DNA of 64,000 nt, taken from Candidatus Saccharimonadales bacterium. GTDB taxonomy: Bacteria > Patescibacteriota > Saccharimonadia > Saccharimonadales > 2-12-FULL-41-12. Location: positions 1,024 through 65,023 of the forward strand of contig JBPCJO010000045.1 of assembly GCA_051005235.1 (NCBI GenBank), read 5' to 3'. Below are positions 37,226 through 46,964 of this stretch, piece by piece. The stretch's first letter is position 1. Every line of letters begins with the position of its first letter. The notes under the pieces are model-generated. The model was given only the letters and a program-made list of their open reading frames with translations. It did no database searches and had not been told where the DNA came from. Made by a program: the position numbers and the translations under genes.

Positions 37226-37666
37226 TTACAGAGCCGGGTCTTGTGGAGGCGGCGGGTTTGGGTCCCTGTGATCCTCGGCCACATCTTGCTCAGGAGCTGG
37301 CTGCTCCCAGCTTGAAGTGACGGCCGGCGGCGCAATGACGGGGTCTTGTGGCGCGGCCGCGATTGTTGGCTGAACCGGAGTCTCTGCAACGGGAGCTGGT
37401 GGGTCAGCTTGCCAAGCGTTTGGCTCAGAAGGAGCCGCAGTTACCGGTTGGACGGGTTCGACTGGTTGCACAGGCGCTACAAATGGTTGGGGCGCTGCTG
37501 TCTGCCCACTATTCGGAAAGTCGGTGTGAGTAGGAGTGGCTGGCGGTAAATCAACTGGCTGAACAGGAGGAGCCGCATTATCCTGCGGTTGCGGGTGAGC
37601 CTGCGAGGAGCCGCTGTCTTTATTCCGTTTGAAAAGTTTGTCGAATAGCATAGTAAAGTTCCTCAT
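37226..37666 (-). CDS. Proline-rich low-complexity protein
   Basis: 146 aa with repeated PVQP/APxxP units. Coding status is moderately uncertain. Confidence 0.4.
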   Translation of the reverse strand: MRNFTMLFDKLFKRNKDSGSSQAHPQPQDNAAPPVQPVDLPPATPTHTDFPNSGQTAAPQPFVAPVQPVEPVQPVTAAPSEPNAWQADPPAPVAETPVQPTIAAAPQDPVIAPPAVTSSWEQPAPEQDVAEDHRDPNPPPPQDPAL

Positions 37667-37729
37667 TAGTTTTTAGGGTAATCTTAAGATTAAGCGTAAC
37701 GTTTTTAGCCAATCAGTGCAACATAAGCA

Positions 37730-37759
37730 TTGACTTTTAAAGAGAAATAAGCATAATAT
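37730..37759 (+). promoter_or_regulatory. Promoter of tRNA-Lys
   Basis: TTGACT (37730..37735), a 17-18 nt spacer, then ATAATA/TAATAT. Confidence 0.55.
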
Positions 37760-37795
37760 AAGAAGTTATTTACCGGATTATCCTAAGAACAATGC

Positions 37796-37872
37796 GGGCC
37801 CGTAGCTCAGCCGGTTAGAGCACCTGCCTTTTAAGCAGGGTGTCCTGGGTTCGAGTCCCAGCGGGCCCTCCA
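37796..37872 (+). tRNA. tRNA-Lys (UUU)
   Basis: GGGCCCGTAGCTCAGCCGGTTAGAGCACCTGCCTTTTAAGCAGGGTGTCCTGGGTTCGAGTCCCAGCGGGCCCTCCA is a clean cloverleaf with CCA encoded. Confidence 0.9.
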
Positions 37873-38056
37873 AATAAAAACCGCCAACATTTCGCTACCA
37901 GTTGGCGGTTTTTATTTGGAGCATCACTTGAGTCGAGAACCCAGATCTTTTGCGAAGCAAAGGAGGGTTCGGCGAAGAGAAGCCACGCACAAAAGCTTGC
38001 TTTGAGCATGGCTGAACGAAAGAAGGACGAAGTCCGCTGTCCCAGCGGGCCCTCCA
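37873..38056 (+). repeat. tRNA-Lys-linked non-coding module ending in a duplicate of the tRNA 3' end
   Basis: 38039..38056 is an exact copy of 37855..37872. GGGTTCG at 37965..37971 copies the T-arm at 37847..37853. The 21-nt core 37990..38010 is identical (reverse complement) to 9172..9192. Confidence 0.8.
37876..37914. terminator. Bidirectional intrinsic terminator
   Basis: AACCGCCAAC (37879..37888) pairs with GTTGGCGGTT (37901..37910). It is flanked by AAAAA upstream and TTTTT downstream. Confidence 0.8.
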
Positions 38057-38138
38057 CAGATTAGACTATGTCATAAAATCGCAAGCCGTCGTGTGGATGA
38101 CTTGACACGTATAATAAACAAAGTATACACTTTGTTAT

Positions 38139-38414
38139 ATGAAAACAGCTATACTAAATGTAAAAATTGATGAACAAGTAAAAAAGCAGGCGCAAGCCGT
38201 AGCTAGTTCTTTTGGTATTCCACTCAGCACACTCGTAAACGCATACCTTATGGAGCTGGCTGAAACGGGTCAGATACATTTTAGTGCAGTAGAGGTTATG
38301 ACACCTCAAATGGAAAAAATAATTGGGAAAGCTGAGAAAGAGATAAAAGCAGGCGATACTGTTGGGCCATTTAATACTGCCGAGGAGGCGGTTAATTATC
38401 TGAAGAAACTTTAG
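38139..38414 (+). CDS. RelB/DinJ family antitoxin
   Basis: NVKIDEQVKKQAQAVASSFGIPLSTLVNAYL is a ribbon-helix-helix DinJ-like N-terminus. Confidence 0.7.
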   Translation: MKTAILNVKIDEQVKKQAQAVASSFGIPLSTLVNAYLMELAETGQIHFSAVEVMTPQMEKIIGKAEKEIKAGDTVGPFNTAEEAVNYLKKL

Positions 38415-38415
38415 T

Positions 38416-38685
38416 ATGCTGTATCATCAAATTGACTTTACTAAAAGTTTTACCAGGCAGTTTAGACCCTTGCGAGAGAATCAGAAAAAACGCTTTTACG
38501 AGCGCTTGGAATTATTTAAGAAAAACCCCCATGATAGAGTCTTGCGTGACCATGCCCTAAAAGGCAAGTACAAAGGCTATCGTAGTGTTGATATTGAGGG
38601 CGATTTGCGTGCCTTGTATTATGTGAAAGGAGATAGGGTTGTAATTTTTGCATTTATTGGCTCACACGCCCAATTGTACAAATAA
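38416..38685 (+). CDS. RelE/YafQ family toxin
   Basis: 89 aa. HALKGKYKGYRSVDIEGDLRALY is a YafQ/RelE-like motif. It starts 1 nt after the antitoxin stop. Confidence 0.7.
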   Translation: MLYHQIDFTKSFTRQFRPLRENQKKRFYERLELFKKNPHDRVLRDHALKGKYKGYRSVDIEGDLRALYYVKGDRVVIFAFIGSHAQLYK

Positions 38686-38721
38686 AAAACTCCTATCGTT
38701 CATCTTTGTTATAGTAAACGT

Positions 38722-39252
38722 ATGAATTCCACCGAGTTATTATTAAAAAAGTATCCCAACGTAAAAGTAGTCGAAGTTAGCCAAGAGCTTGATCAAGATA
38801 CCTTTAACGCCCAAAAGATTAAGCATGAACAGCGACAGGCTGAAGGCGGTGCTATTGGCACAGTCTGGCTCGAAGATGGCACAATTGTACTCACCAAGCG
38901 TTCAGGCCTACACGCAGGCTGGGCTTTAATCGGTGGAACTGTCGAGAACGGCGAAGCATTTGATGACGCCTTTTTACGTGAAGTCAAAGAAGAAATAGGC
39001 ATAAAAGCAACAATCGGACGCATAGTTATGCTAGAGCGTAAGATCTTTACTTCTCCAAATGCAGAGCAATTGCCAATGAATGTGGCGGTAATCGAGGCTC
39101 ATGCAGAAAAAGGCGAACAAATTACAAAAACAAAAGATGCTGAAATTGAAGGTCTTGAAGCCAAGGCTTTTGCAATTAATAGTTTGCCTTCTGAAATGAT
39201 ACTTAACGACTTGAATAAACTTGAATTGGTTGTTGCAGCCCGGCGAGTATAG
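38722..39252 (+). CDS. NUDIX hydrolase
   Basis: Nudix box GGTVENGEAFDDAFLREVKEEIG. Confidence 0.75.
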   Translation: MNSTELLLKKYPNVKVVEVSQELDQDTFNAQKIKHEQRQAEGGAIGTVWLEDGTIVLTKRSGLHAGWALIGGTVENGEAFDDAFLREVKEEIGIKATIGRIVMLERKIFTSPNAEQLPMNVAVIEAHAEKGEQITKTKDAEIEGLEAKAFAINSLPSEMILNDLNKLELVVAARRV

Positions 39253-39371
39253 TTACAATACATTTCACGATGCCCCAGCGGTTTGACATGGTCAGGATAT
39301 TCTTGCTAATATTTACGTAAGACCTTCGGCCCGTAGTTTCTAGGCTACCCCAGCGCGGAAGGCCTTTTCAT

Positions 39372-39794
39372 TTACTTTGACTTATCATTAGGGAAGACGG
39401 ACATAAAATCTTTTCGACCGGTTCGCTTATTTTCCTTAATTTGTACATAAAAGTGAAAACCGTCTTTAGTCTCGCCAAAAAACCGGTGTAGACCAATGTT
39501 CATATTGCCGTAATTATAGATTGTATCGGGACTACACGTTGTGTTTCGAATGAGGTCAATCGCGCAAGGAAAGAGTTTTGTGCGGCGTAGTTGATCGCCC
39601 AGACGTTTTTGTTTTAGATGTTCCCAAAACTGATTGATAAAAATCTTATCCTTTTTAAAATACTGTGATTTTACATACGCTTTGCGTCGCGGTGTGCGTT
39701 TTTGTATTTTATGATATTCGTAACGAGCGGCACGAAAAATACTTGCATGCGACGTACCGGGTAGTCGGCTGCACTTTGATTTGTAAATCTTCAT
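39372..39794 (-). CDS. Hypothetical highly basic protein (140 aa)
   Basis: ORF only. Lys/Arg-rich, with no motif I can name. Confidence 0.5.
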   Translation of the reverse strand: MKIYKSKCSRLPGTSHASIFRAARYEYHKIQKRTPRRKAYVKSQYFKKDKIFINQFWEHLKQKRLGDQLRRTKLFPCAIDLIRNTTCSPDTIYNYGNMNIGLHRFFGETKDGFHFYVQIKENKRTGRKDFMSVFPNDKSK

Positions 39795-39955
39795 GCTAGA
39801 AGAATACAGCCAACTTATTAAGTGAAGATTAAAGTTAACTGCTACACCGAGATTATGGTTAGAAAGTTAAATACCCCAAAAAGTGAAGCAATTTTCTCAA
39901 TAACTAAGCTGTTAATATGGTATAATTAGACAAGCAAAAGGAGTACTAAAACCCA

Positions 39956-40684
39956 ATGTCAGGTCATTCAAAATGGGCAAAAATTCACCGCGGTAAAGCT
40001 GTCGAAGACGCTAAGCGAGGCGCCGTCTTTACGAAACATGGCAATAACATTGCCGTAGCAGCTCGGGCTGGTGCTGACCCGGATACTAACTTTTCGTTGC
40101 GTCTAGCTATCGATAAAGCCAAAGCAGCCAATATGCCAGCCAACAATATTCAGCGCGCTATCGACCGCGGTAGCGGCAAACTTGGCGGTGAACAAATCCA
40201 AGAAGTTATGTACGAAGGCTATGGGCCCGGTGGCACCGCCATTTTAGTAGAGTGCGCCACCGACAACATTAACCGCACCTACCCAGATGTTCGCTTGGCT
40301 TTTAGTAAGCACGGCGGTAACATTGCCGAAAAGGGTTCGGTGGCATTTCAATTTGAGCGCAAGGGCATGATTACGGTCACCGGCACCGGCGAAGACCTAT
40401 TACTCGAAGTACTCGATGCCGGCGCCGACGATGCTGTCGAAGAAGACGGAGAAATGACCGTTTATACCGACGCCAAAAAATTAGCTGAAGTCCGCGACAC
40501 GCTCAAAGAAAAGGGAATCCCGATTACCGAAGCCGAACTGACGTACGTACCCAATAACACTGTTGAGATTACCGACCAAGCCACAGCCGGCAAAATTATT
40601 CGCCTAATGGACGCCCTCGAAGGGCTAGACGATGTCAGCAACACCCACGTCAATTTTGATATCCCGCAAGAACTAATCACGTGA
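39956..40684 (+). CDS. yebC: YebC/PmpR family transcriptional regulator
   Basis: MSGHSKWAKIHRGKAVEDAKRG is the invariant N-terminus. An SD is present. Confidence 0.95.
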   Translation: MSGHSKWAKIHRGKAVEDAKRGAVFTKHGNNIAVAARAGADPDTNFSLRLAIDKAKAANMPANNIQRAIDRGSGKLGGEQIQEVMYEGYGPGGTAILVECATDNINRTYPDVRLAFSKHGGNIAEKGSVAFQFERKGMITVTGTGEDLLLEVLDAGADDAVEEDGEMTVYTDAKKLAEVRDTLKEKGIPITEAELTYVPNNTVEITDQATAGKIIRLMDALEGLDDVSNTHVNFDIPQELIT

Positions 40685-41160
40685 GAATCCTCGGTATCGA
40701 TCCGGGTACCGGCATTCTTGGCTTTGGTATTATTGATGTAAATAGACAAAGTAAAGTTACCTTAGTAGACGGGGGAGTAATACGCACGCCCGTAAATCAC
40801 CCCGACAGTGAGCGGCTAAAAATAATCTTCGATGAACTAACCGAAATTATTACAGAGCATAAACCCAATACCATGTCTGTCGAAAAATTGTTTTTTGCGC
40901 AAAATGTAACAACTGCTATGACTGTCGCACAAGCCAGGGGCGTGGTTTTGCTATGCGGGATACAGAATGGGCTCGATTTATTCGAGTACACTCCCCTGCA
41001 GATCAAACAAGCTATCACCGGCTACGGCCGAGCCGATAAAAAACAAATGCAAGAGATGGTGCGAGTAATCCTCCAACTTAAAGAAATCCCTAAACCGGAC
41101 GATTGCGCCGATGCGTTGGCGGCTGCGATTTGCCATTCGATGACTGCGCGCTACGCCTAA
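40681..41160 (+). CDS. ruvC: Holliday junction resolvase RuvC
   Basis: RILGIDPGTGILGFGII. GTG start overlapping the yebC stop. Confidence 0.9.
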   Translation: MRILGIDPGTGILGFGIIDVNRQSKVTLVDGGVIRTPVNHPDSERLKIIFDELTEIITEHKPNTMSVEKLFFAQNVTTAMTVAQARGVVLLCGIQNGLDLFEYTPLQIKQAITGYGRADKKQMQEMVRVILQLKEIPKPDDCADALAAAICHSMTARYA

Positions 41161-41209
41161 CGGTGGGTAGGGCTTCATTTAAAGAGTGGATTTGTTATAC
41201 TAGAAGCAA

Positions 41210-41947
41210 ATGTCGGAGCGTATACACTCAATCGAAATTAGATCTAACCAGGACTTGGTCGAGGATGTGGTGACCTTTGAGCCTGAGGCATGTCTGGGGC
41301 TGATTGATGATCTGACCCAGACAATTTATCTGCCATTCAGAGGGACTACTAGTAATACAGAACGGGCGATTTTACCGGCTGAGCCGTGTGTCGAACATCG
41401 CGAAAACGATGCCGAGCACACCTTTCACATCGCAACTGTGGTTAATCAGTTGTGGCAGCAACGTCAACAACTTGAGATCATATTTCCTGACGATTATGAT
41501 CCGCTCCTCGCACTTTCCTATACACTTGATCACGATGTGCTGGAGATACATGCCGGGGACGTAGATTCCATGACCCGAGATCCGGTCCTCAAACAATTCA
41601 AGCGTAGTAACGAAAAAGCGGCGGCGGCTATCATAAGACTGGCGCATCCATCGTTGGCACCAATTGCCGACAACTCAGAGCAGTATGAGAAAAAAGATAA
41701 TAGTACGGCCCGCTTTGTAAATGATCTTGATAAAATCGCACCGATCCGGGTTATCTGCGCTGACGGTGGTCGCCGATGGCACAACTGGCAAGGCACAGCA
41801 ACTTCACGCAAATTTATGGTCGAAACAGTTCGGAAGAAGCTTCTGACGCCATTCGGGCACGTTATGTTAGATGCCATCGAAGAAGATTTAGCAGCCCATC
41901 CTGAGTATTTCCCCGACGAATGCAACTATCAGGGCCGATTATTCTAG
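41210..41947 (+). CDS. HD-domain phosphohydrolase
   Basis: ENDAEHTFH...LDHDVLEIHAGD follows the H...HD...D pattern. Confidence 0.6.
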   Translation: MSERIHSIEIRSNQDLVEDVVTFEPEACLGLIDDLTQTIYLPFRGTTSNTERAILPAEPCVEHRENDAEHTFHIATVVNQLWQQRQQLEIIFPDDYDPLLALSYTLDHDVLEIHAGDVDSMTRDPVLKQFKRSNEKAAAAIIRLAHPSLAPIADNSEQYEKKDNSTARFVNDLDKIAPIRVICADGGRRWHNWQGTATSRKFMVETVRKKLLTPFGHVMLDAIEEDLAAHPEYFPDECNYQGRLF

Positions 41948-41967
41948 ATACGCTATAATATAGCTAG

Positions 41968-42549
41968 ATGATTGCATATCTTAATGGGGTGATTGCTGTA
42001 AAAGAGCTCGATAGTGCCGTACTTGATGTACAAGGTGTAGGCTACGGCGTTGTGTTGAGTGGTAACGATAACGCGAATTTGACGCTCAACCAAACAGTAA
42101 AATTGTTTATTTACGAGCATATCCGCGATGATGCCCACGATTTATACGGATTTAGCCGGGTTGACAGCAAACGTTTGTTTGAGCAGTTGTTGAGTGTCAA
42201 AAATGTTGGTCCCAAAGTCGCCCTGGCGGTACTTAGCATTGGTTCCGAAGATGCCGTCCGTTTGGCGATTGCCAATGGCGATGTAAAATTACTGCAAACT
42301 GCCAAAGGCGTTGGCAAACGGGCGGCCGAACAAATGGTGGTTGAGCTACGCGATAAAGTTGGCCTGGTGGCTAGCTCAGACGCCGAGGGTATTGTTACGC
42401 GTGGTGGAGTAAACTTAGCCGATGAGGCAGTCCAGGCGTTGATTGCGTTGGGCTATAGCGAATTTGACGCCCAAAAAGCGCTTGAGCAGATTGATGCTGC
42501 CCTCCCAACCGAAGAACGCATTAGGCAGGCACTACGAGGAACTAACTAA
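41968..42549 (+). CDS. ruvA: Holliday junction helicase subunit RuvA
   Basis: MIAYLNGVI..., the HhH motifs ([30 protein letters not shown]) and a C-terminal domain III. Confidence 0.9.
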   Translation: MIAYLNGVIAVKELDSAVLDVQGVGYGVVLSGNDNANLTLNQTVKLFIYEHIRDDAHDLYGFSRVDSKRLFEQLLSVKNVGPKVALAVLSIGSEDAVRLAIANGDVKLLQTAKGVGKRAAEQMVVELRDKVGLVASSDAEGIVTRGGVNLADEAVQALIALGYSEFDAQKALEQIDAALPTEERIRQALRGTN

Positions 42550-43592
42550 TGGCAGTCGAACGAATCGTACAACCAACCAACGACGACGCGGACGATGTTG
42601 AGCAGTTAATTGAAATTACCCTGCGACCAAAAGATTTTGCCAGTTATATTGGCCAAGAGCGTCTTAAAAAGAACATGCAGTTGGCGATTACGGCTGCCAA
42701 GAAGCGTGGCGAGCCGATTGATCATGTGCTGCTGTATGGTCCGCCCGGGCTTGGTAAGACCACGATGGCAAGTGTTATCGCCCACGAAATGGGAGCTAAT
42801 ATTAGAATTACCTCCGGCCCGGCAATTGAACGGTCGGGTGACTTGGCGAGTTTGTTAACAAATCTTCAAGACGGTGATATTTTATTCATCGACGAAATCC
42901 ATCGTCTGCATCGCAGTGTCGAAGAAGTGCTCTATAGCGCTATGGAAGACTTTAAACTTGATATTATGCTTGGCAAAGGCCCGAGTGCCCGTAGCCTGCG
43001 TTTGGATTTACCAAAGTTTACGATTATTGGTGCCACTACCCGAACGGGCGCCTTGGCCGCTCCGCTGCGCGACCGTTTTGGTTTGCAACACCGTCATGAA
43101 TTTTATACCGACCCAGAGGTAGCCCAAATCATTACCCGATCTGCCAGTATCTTAGACGTAAAAATTCATAAAGACGCGGCAGAACACTTAGCGAAACGGG
43201 CTCGCTTGACTCCTCGTATTGCCAACCGGTTGCTCAAGCGGGTTCGTGACTACGCCGACGTAAATGGCGACGGCATCATTGACTTAGCGATTAGTCGCCA
43301 CGCCATGGAATTATTAGAAATTGATGAACTGGGGCTTGACCCGGCCGACCGGCGACTGATCGAAACGCTGATTGATCGTCATAATGGTGGCCCAGTGGGC
43401 GTAGAAACGTTGGCGGCGATGACCGGTGACGAACGGTCGACCATCGAGGATTTCTTTGAGCCATACTTAATGCAAATTGGCTTACTAGAACGTACGCCGC
43501 GAGGACGCATGGCGACACCCAAAGCTTACTCTCACTTGGGTAAAGTCGATACCACATCAAAAAAAGCACCTGACCAGACAGAATTGATGTAA
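42549..43592 (+). CDS. ruvB: Holliday junction helicase RuvB
   Basis: [28 protein letters not shown] and [14 protein letters not shown]. Confidence 0.95.
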   Translation: MAVERIVQPTNDDADDVEQLIEITLRPKDFASYIGQERLKKNMQLAITAAKKRGEPIDHVLLYGPPGLGKTTMASVIAHEMGANIRITSGPAIERSGDLASLLTNLQDGDILFIDEIHRLHRSVEEVLYSAMEDFKLDIMLGKGPSARSLRLDLPKFTIIGATTRTGALAAPLRDRFGLQHRHEFYTDPEVAQIITRSASILDVKIHKDAAEHLAKRARLTPRIANRLLKRVRDYADVNGDGIIDLAISRHAMELLEIDELGLDPADRRLIETLIDRHNGGPVGVETLAAMTGDERSTIEDFFEPYLMQIGLLERTPRGRMATPKAYSHLGKVDTTSKKAPDQTELM

Positions 43593-43601
43593 AGTATAGT
43601 T

Positions 43602-44216
43602 ATGAATTCGGACGACAAGCAAGAACCAGAACAAAGCCCAATTATGCCCGAGGCAGAAGAGCGCCGCCAACCAGTTTTTAACCCGATGGGCCGCGTCGAG
43701 CAGATTAATACTGACGAAATAAAAATTGCCGACGTGCGCCGGCATCCAATTGGCTTATACTTTATATACATACAGACAATAGCAGCCCTTGGCCTGAGTC
43801 TTGGCTTGGTAGGTCTATTGTTGCCAGAGTTTTTAAAAGGTTTAAATGTGAGCGATGCGAGCGCCCAGGCTATTGGGTTGCTGTTTGGTTTAGTAGTACT
43901 GAGCCTTGGCGTAATCTTTGTCATCTTGGCAACCAGAATTTATCTGGCAAATCAGCTGATTATTACAAATGACAACGTTACCCAGGTTGCTCAAGTTGGT
44001 TTGTTCCATCGAAAGGTATCCGAGCTGTCGATGGAAAATGTCGAAGACGTAACTGCCCACCAAAAGGGTCTCTTTCAGACACTTTTTAATTACGGTCGGC
44101 TACACGTCGAAACTGCCGGCGAGCAAGATAATTATAATTTTCACTACTGTCCAAATCCTAATGCCTACGCCAAAGCCATACAAGACGCCCGGCTTACCTT
44201 CTTAAAGACGCATTAA
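43602..44216 (+). CDS. Membrane protein with bacterial PH (bPH_2/YdbT-like) domain
   Basis: Two TM helices, then LIITNDNVTQV...NVEDVTAHQKGLFQTLFNYGRLHVETAG. Confidence 0.65.
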   Translation: MNSDDKQEPEQSPIMPEAEERRQPVFNPMGRVEQINTDEIKIADVRRHPIGLYFIYIQTIAALGLSLGLVGLLLPEFLKGLNVSDASAQAIGLLFGLVVLSLGVIFVILATRIYLANQLIITNDNVTQVAQVGLFHRKVSELSMENVEDVTAHQKGLFQTLFNYGRLHVETAGEQDNYNFHYCPNPNAYAKAIQDARLTFLKTH

Positions 44217-44224
44217 ACCTCTAC

Positions 44225-44524
44225 CTATTGAAACGGATTGTCGCGGGCTTCGTTAAACAGTGATTTTACTGCCACATTTTGATCTTCTAGCTGAATGATT
44301 TTTTTGATTGAATCCTCGTCAATTTTTAATCGTTTGACGGTATTTGTTTTTTCGGCAATAGCGTCTTCGCTTGGTTCTGCCTGAGACAATGTGCCAATTC
44401 TGAATACTAAGAATGAATAGATTAACAGTATGGTAATGATAAAAATAAACGTGGCGTAGCGTTGTGATCTGGATAGGCCTGTTTGTAAGCTCCGGCCGAT
44501 TTGTTTAACATTAAGATTTTTCAT
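44225..44524 (-). CDS. Small membrane-anchored protein, last gene of the pilMNO operon
   Basis: 99 aa with one TM. It sits 3 nt downstream of the pilO-like gene. Confidence 0.5.
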   Translation of the reverse strand: MKNLNVKQIGRSLQTGLSRSQRYATFIFIITILLIYSFLVFRIGTLSQAEPSEDAIAEKTNTVKRLKIDEDSIKKIIQLEDQNVAVKSLFNEARDNPFQ

Positions 44525-44527
44525 TTA

Positions 44528-45166
44528 CTAAGGCCTCACATATGCATTAAGCGTTAAGTTAAAGTTGAGGGCGGTTCCAGTGTTATTTGGTTGTACATTA
44601 ATGCCATCGACGTGGGCTGTTCGACGATTCTTCTCGAGGCTTTCAAGAAACTTCAGAAAATTCTGGTATGAGACCTCACCATCTGAATCAACTTGAATGG
44701 GTAGGGTAAAGACTCCAGCTATACCATCAACTGCTTTGAGCTGGCTGTCGACTGGCTTTTTAGGTGCTGCTGGCGCCGCGCTTTCGTTGCCTTCGGTGGG
44801 TGCTACTACTGGCGCTTTTGGTACTGGAGCACCGAGGGTCGAAGTCTCGAAACTGATGGATTTAATGGGAATATTATTTTCTTTCGCAATTTTAACAATC
44901 TCGAGAACTGTTTTCGCCTGATCTTTATCTTGAGGCACGACACTACGAGCAATCACATCAAGATCACTATACCGCGCGACGTCAGCTTTTGCTTGAATGA
45001 GCGCTCTTGACTGTGCCTCAATGGTCGCACTCTCAAGTTTTAAGTCTTGCACTTTTTTTGACTCTGTTTGGAGAATTGCGTTACCGCCAACGGTTCCAGC
45101 AATTATCATGCCGATCAACAACACTAATAGGGCAACCAGGCCATAGAAGTACTTCTTAGCTGTCAT
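44528..45166 (-). CDS. pilO: PilO-like type IV pilus assembly protein
   Basis: 212 aa. N-terminal TM, a coiled coil and an alpha/beta C-terminus. Assigned by its position after pilN. Confidence 0.6.
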   Translation of the reverse strand: MTAKKYFYGLVALLVLLIGMIIAGTVGGNAILQTESKKVQDLKLESATIEAQSRALIQAKADVARYSDLDVIARSVVPQDKDQAKTVLEIVKIAKENNIPIKSISFETSTLGAPVPKAPVVAPTEGNESAAPAAPKKPVDSQLKAVDGIAGVFTLPIQVDSDGEVSYQNFLKFLESLEKNRRTAHVDGINVQPNNTGTALNFNLTLNAYVRP

Positions 45167-45807
45167 GGTCTGGCTCCTGGTTGTTTTGTTTCTGTTGTCG
45201 GTGGAGTTATATAGACATAGGAATTATTTTTACCAAATAATGCCCTCAGGTTGACATCACAGGGGTAACGCCTTGTTTGTTCAGAAGTTGTGCTACTGCT
45301 ATTCGTGGTTGTGCTAGCACAATTAATACTATTAATATCAGCTTTTTCAAAAACACCATTTTTTGGATCTTGCAAGTTTAATTGTAACCTGGCTCCAGCG
45401 TCAAAATCGACTGCTTGGGCGTTTAACTGGATACCTCCCTTTACGGTATCAATTTTTAATGATTGAAGCGCAGTACCGGCTGGTAACGCCGAGCCAATTT
45501 GTCTGATTAGTTTTGAAAATAGAATTTCTCGTGACAATACTTGAACCGTTAGTTTTGTGTTGGTTGATATCTCTTCTACTCGCTTTTGGGTCTCTTCGAG
45601 TTGCTGTGATTTTAAGCCTTCTCTGGATTGGTTTACCTGAGACGTGTAACTGTTCACTGATTGTTTCATGTAGATTAATCCGCCAATCACGATAAATCCG
45701 ACTCCTGTTAATGAAACTATGGCAGCGATTATCCAGGTGCGAAGTTTGGTGTTACGTCGAGCGTACATAATATCTTGCTTAATGTCGTGAGGTAAGAGAT
45801 TAATCAT
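45163..45807 (-). CDS. pilN: PilN-like type IV pilus assembly protein
   Basis: MINLLPHD is the conserved INLLP PilM-binding N-terminus, followed by one TM. Confidence 0.75.
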   Translation of the reverse strand: MINLLPHDIKQDIMYARRNTKLRTWIIAAIVSLTGVGFIVIGGLIYMKQSVNSYTSQVNQSREGLKSQQLEETQKRVEEISTNTKLTVQVLSREILFSKLIRQIGSALPAGTALQSLKIDTVKGGIQLNAQAVDFDAGARLQLNLQDPKNGVFEKADINSINCASTTTNSSSTTSEQTRRYPCDVNLRALFGKNNSYVYITPPTTETKQPGARP

Positions 45808-46874
45808 GTAAATAACTCCTTTGGACTAATTAATGACAAGCCCGAAACAGTTACATACAATGACTTTTCGACAGCACTAGGTGGCTGTAATTTTCCGAGT
45901 TCGAGGTCTTGCCAAGGGTTACATGTCCGCACCGGGATGCGCATTTCGTTGGTTAGATAATCACTGAGTCCTGGCATATTTGCGCCACCGCCCATAGTAA
46001 TAATCTGTTCGATTTTTTTAGTCGAATTAGAACGCTCTTCGTGGTACCTGATCATACGTCGTATTTCTTTTACAAGTAAATTAAGACGGGGTAGCAGAGC
46101 TTCGGTAATCTCGTCTTGTTTTTTACTTTTGCTTAAGCCGTACTTTATTTTTACAATGTGGGCTTCTTGATGGGTAATATCTAGTTCTTGGGCGATGAGG
46201 TCGGTAAACGCATTTCCGCCGCCAGGTATGGTTCCGGTAACAACGAGTCCTTTATCGTGAATGGTAATGTCGGCCGTAGCAGCTCCAAAATCAATTAAGA
46301 CGGTGGGAATATCGTTTTCATATATTTGCCGCCTAAATAGCCTACTTGCAGCTAATATAGTTGTATCAAAGGCAACTGGTTCGAGCCCGAGCATACGGAT
46401 TAAAAGCATGTATGAGTCGACAATTTTCTTGGGTACCCCAACAGCAAGTAACTCAATGCCTTGAGGAGTCCGGTTGACTACCGTGTAATCGAGGTAAAGA
46501 TCATCGAGCGGGACTGGAATGTACTGTTCAGCTTCTATCTGAACGGCTTGCATTAGTTCATTATCTGGAATCTGGGGGAGGCTCATTGACCGAGTGAAAG
46601 TGCGACTAGCCGGAATTGAGACGGCTACCCGGTGGGTAGTAATCTCGCCGATAATATCGTTTTTAAACAGCTTCTGTATAGAGGAAGCCAATAATTTGAA
46701 GTCAACAATCACGCCATCTTTAATTGAGCTAACATCGTAGGCGGTAACACCATAGCCTCTAACGAGCTGATTTTTACCGGCGTGATGCTCAAGTTGCATG
46801 ACTTTTATGCTGCTGGAGCCAATGTCGAGTCCAAACAGTGGTTTGTCTTTAAAAAAATGTGACGAACTGTTCAT
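45804..46874 (-). CDS. pilM: Type IV pilus assembly ATPase-fold protein PilM
   Basis: The actin-like fold motifs GLDIGSSSIKVMQLE and DFGAATADITI. Confidence 0.85.
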   Translation of the reverse strand: MNSSSHFFKDKPLFGLDIGSSSIKVMQLEHHAGKNQLVRGYGVTAYDVSSIKDGVIVDFKLLASSIQKLFKNDIIGEITTHRVAVSIPASRTFTRSMSLPQIPDNELMQAVQIEAEQYIPVPLDDLYLDYTVVNRTPQGIELLAVGVPKKIVDSYMLLIRMLGLEPVAFDTTILAASRLFRRQIYENDIPTVLIDFGAATADITIHDKGLVVTGTIPGGGNAFTDLIAQELDITHQEAHIVKIKYGLSKSKKQDEITEALLPRLNLLVKEIRRMIRYHEERSNSTKKIEQIITMGGGANMPGLSDYLTNEMRIPVRTCNPWQDLELGKLQPPSAVEKSLYVTVSGLSLISPKELFT

Positions 46875-46964
46875 TCCACCCTATAGATAACTATAATAAA
46901 AAGTTGTAATATCAAGAATAAGTATAGCTTAAATCAGTGCTTATGCATATAATTAAGCGTAAGT

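Noticed and set aside
39271-39345. Short tRNA-Lys-like strings (CCCCAGCGG, GGCCCGTAG, CCCCAGCG) that could mark a decayed att site or a pseudo-tRNA.
   Set aside because: The exact matches are only 8-9 nt long. That is close to chance expectation in a 64-kb window searched on two strands, and no cloverleaf can be folded. I mention it only as weak context in a finding.
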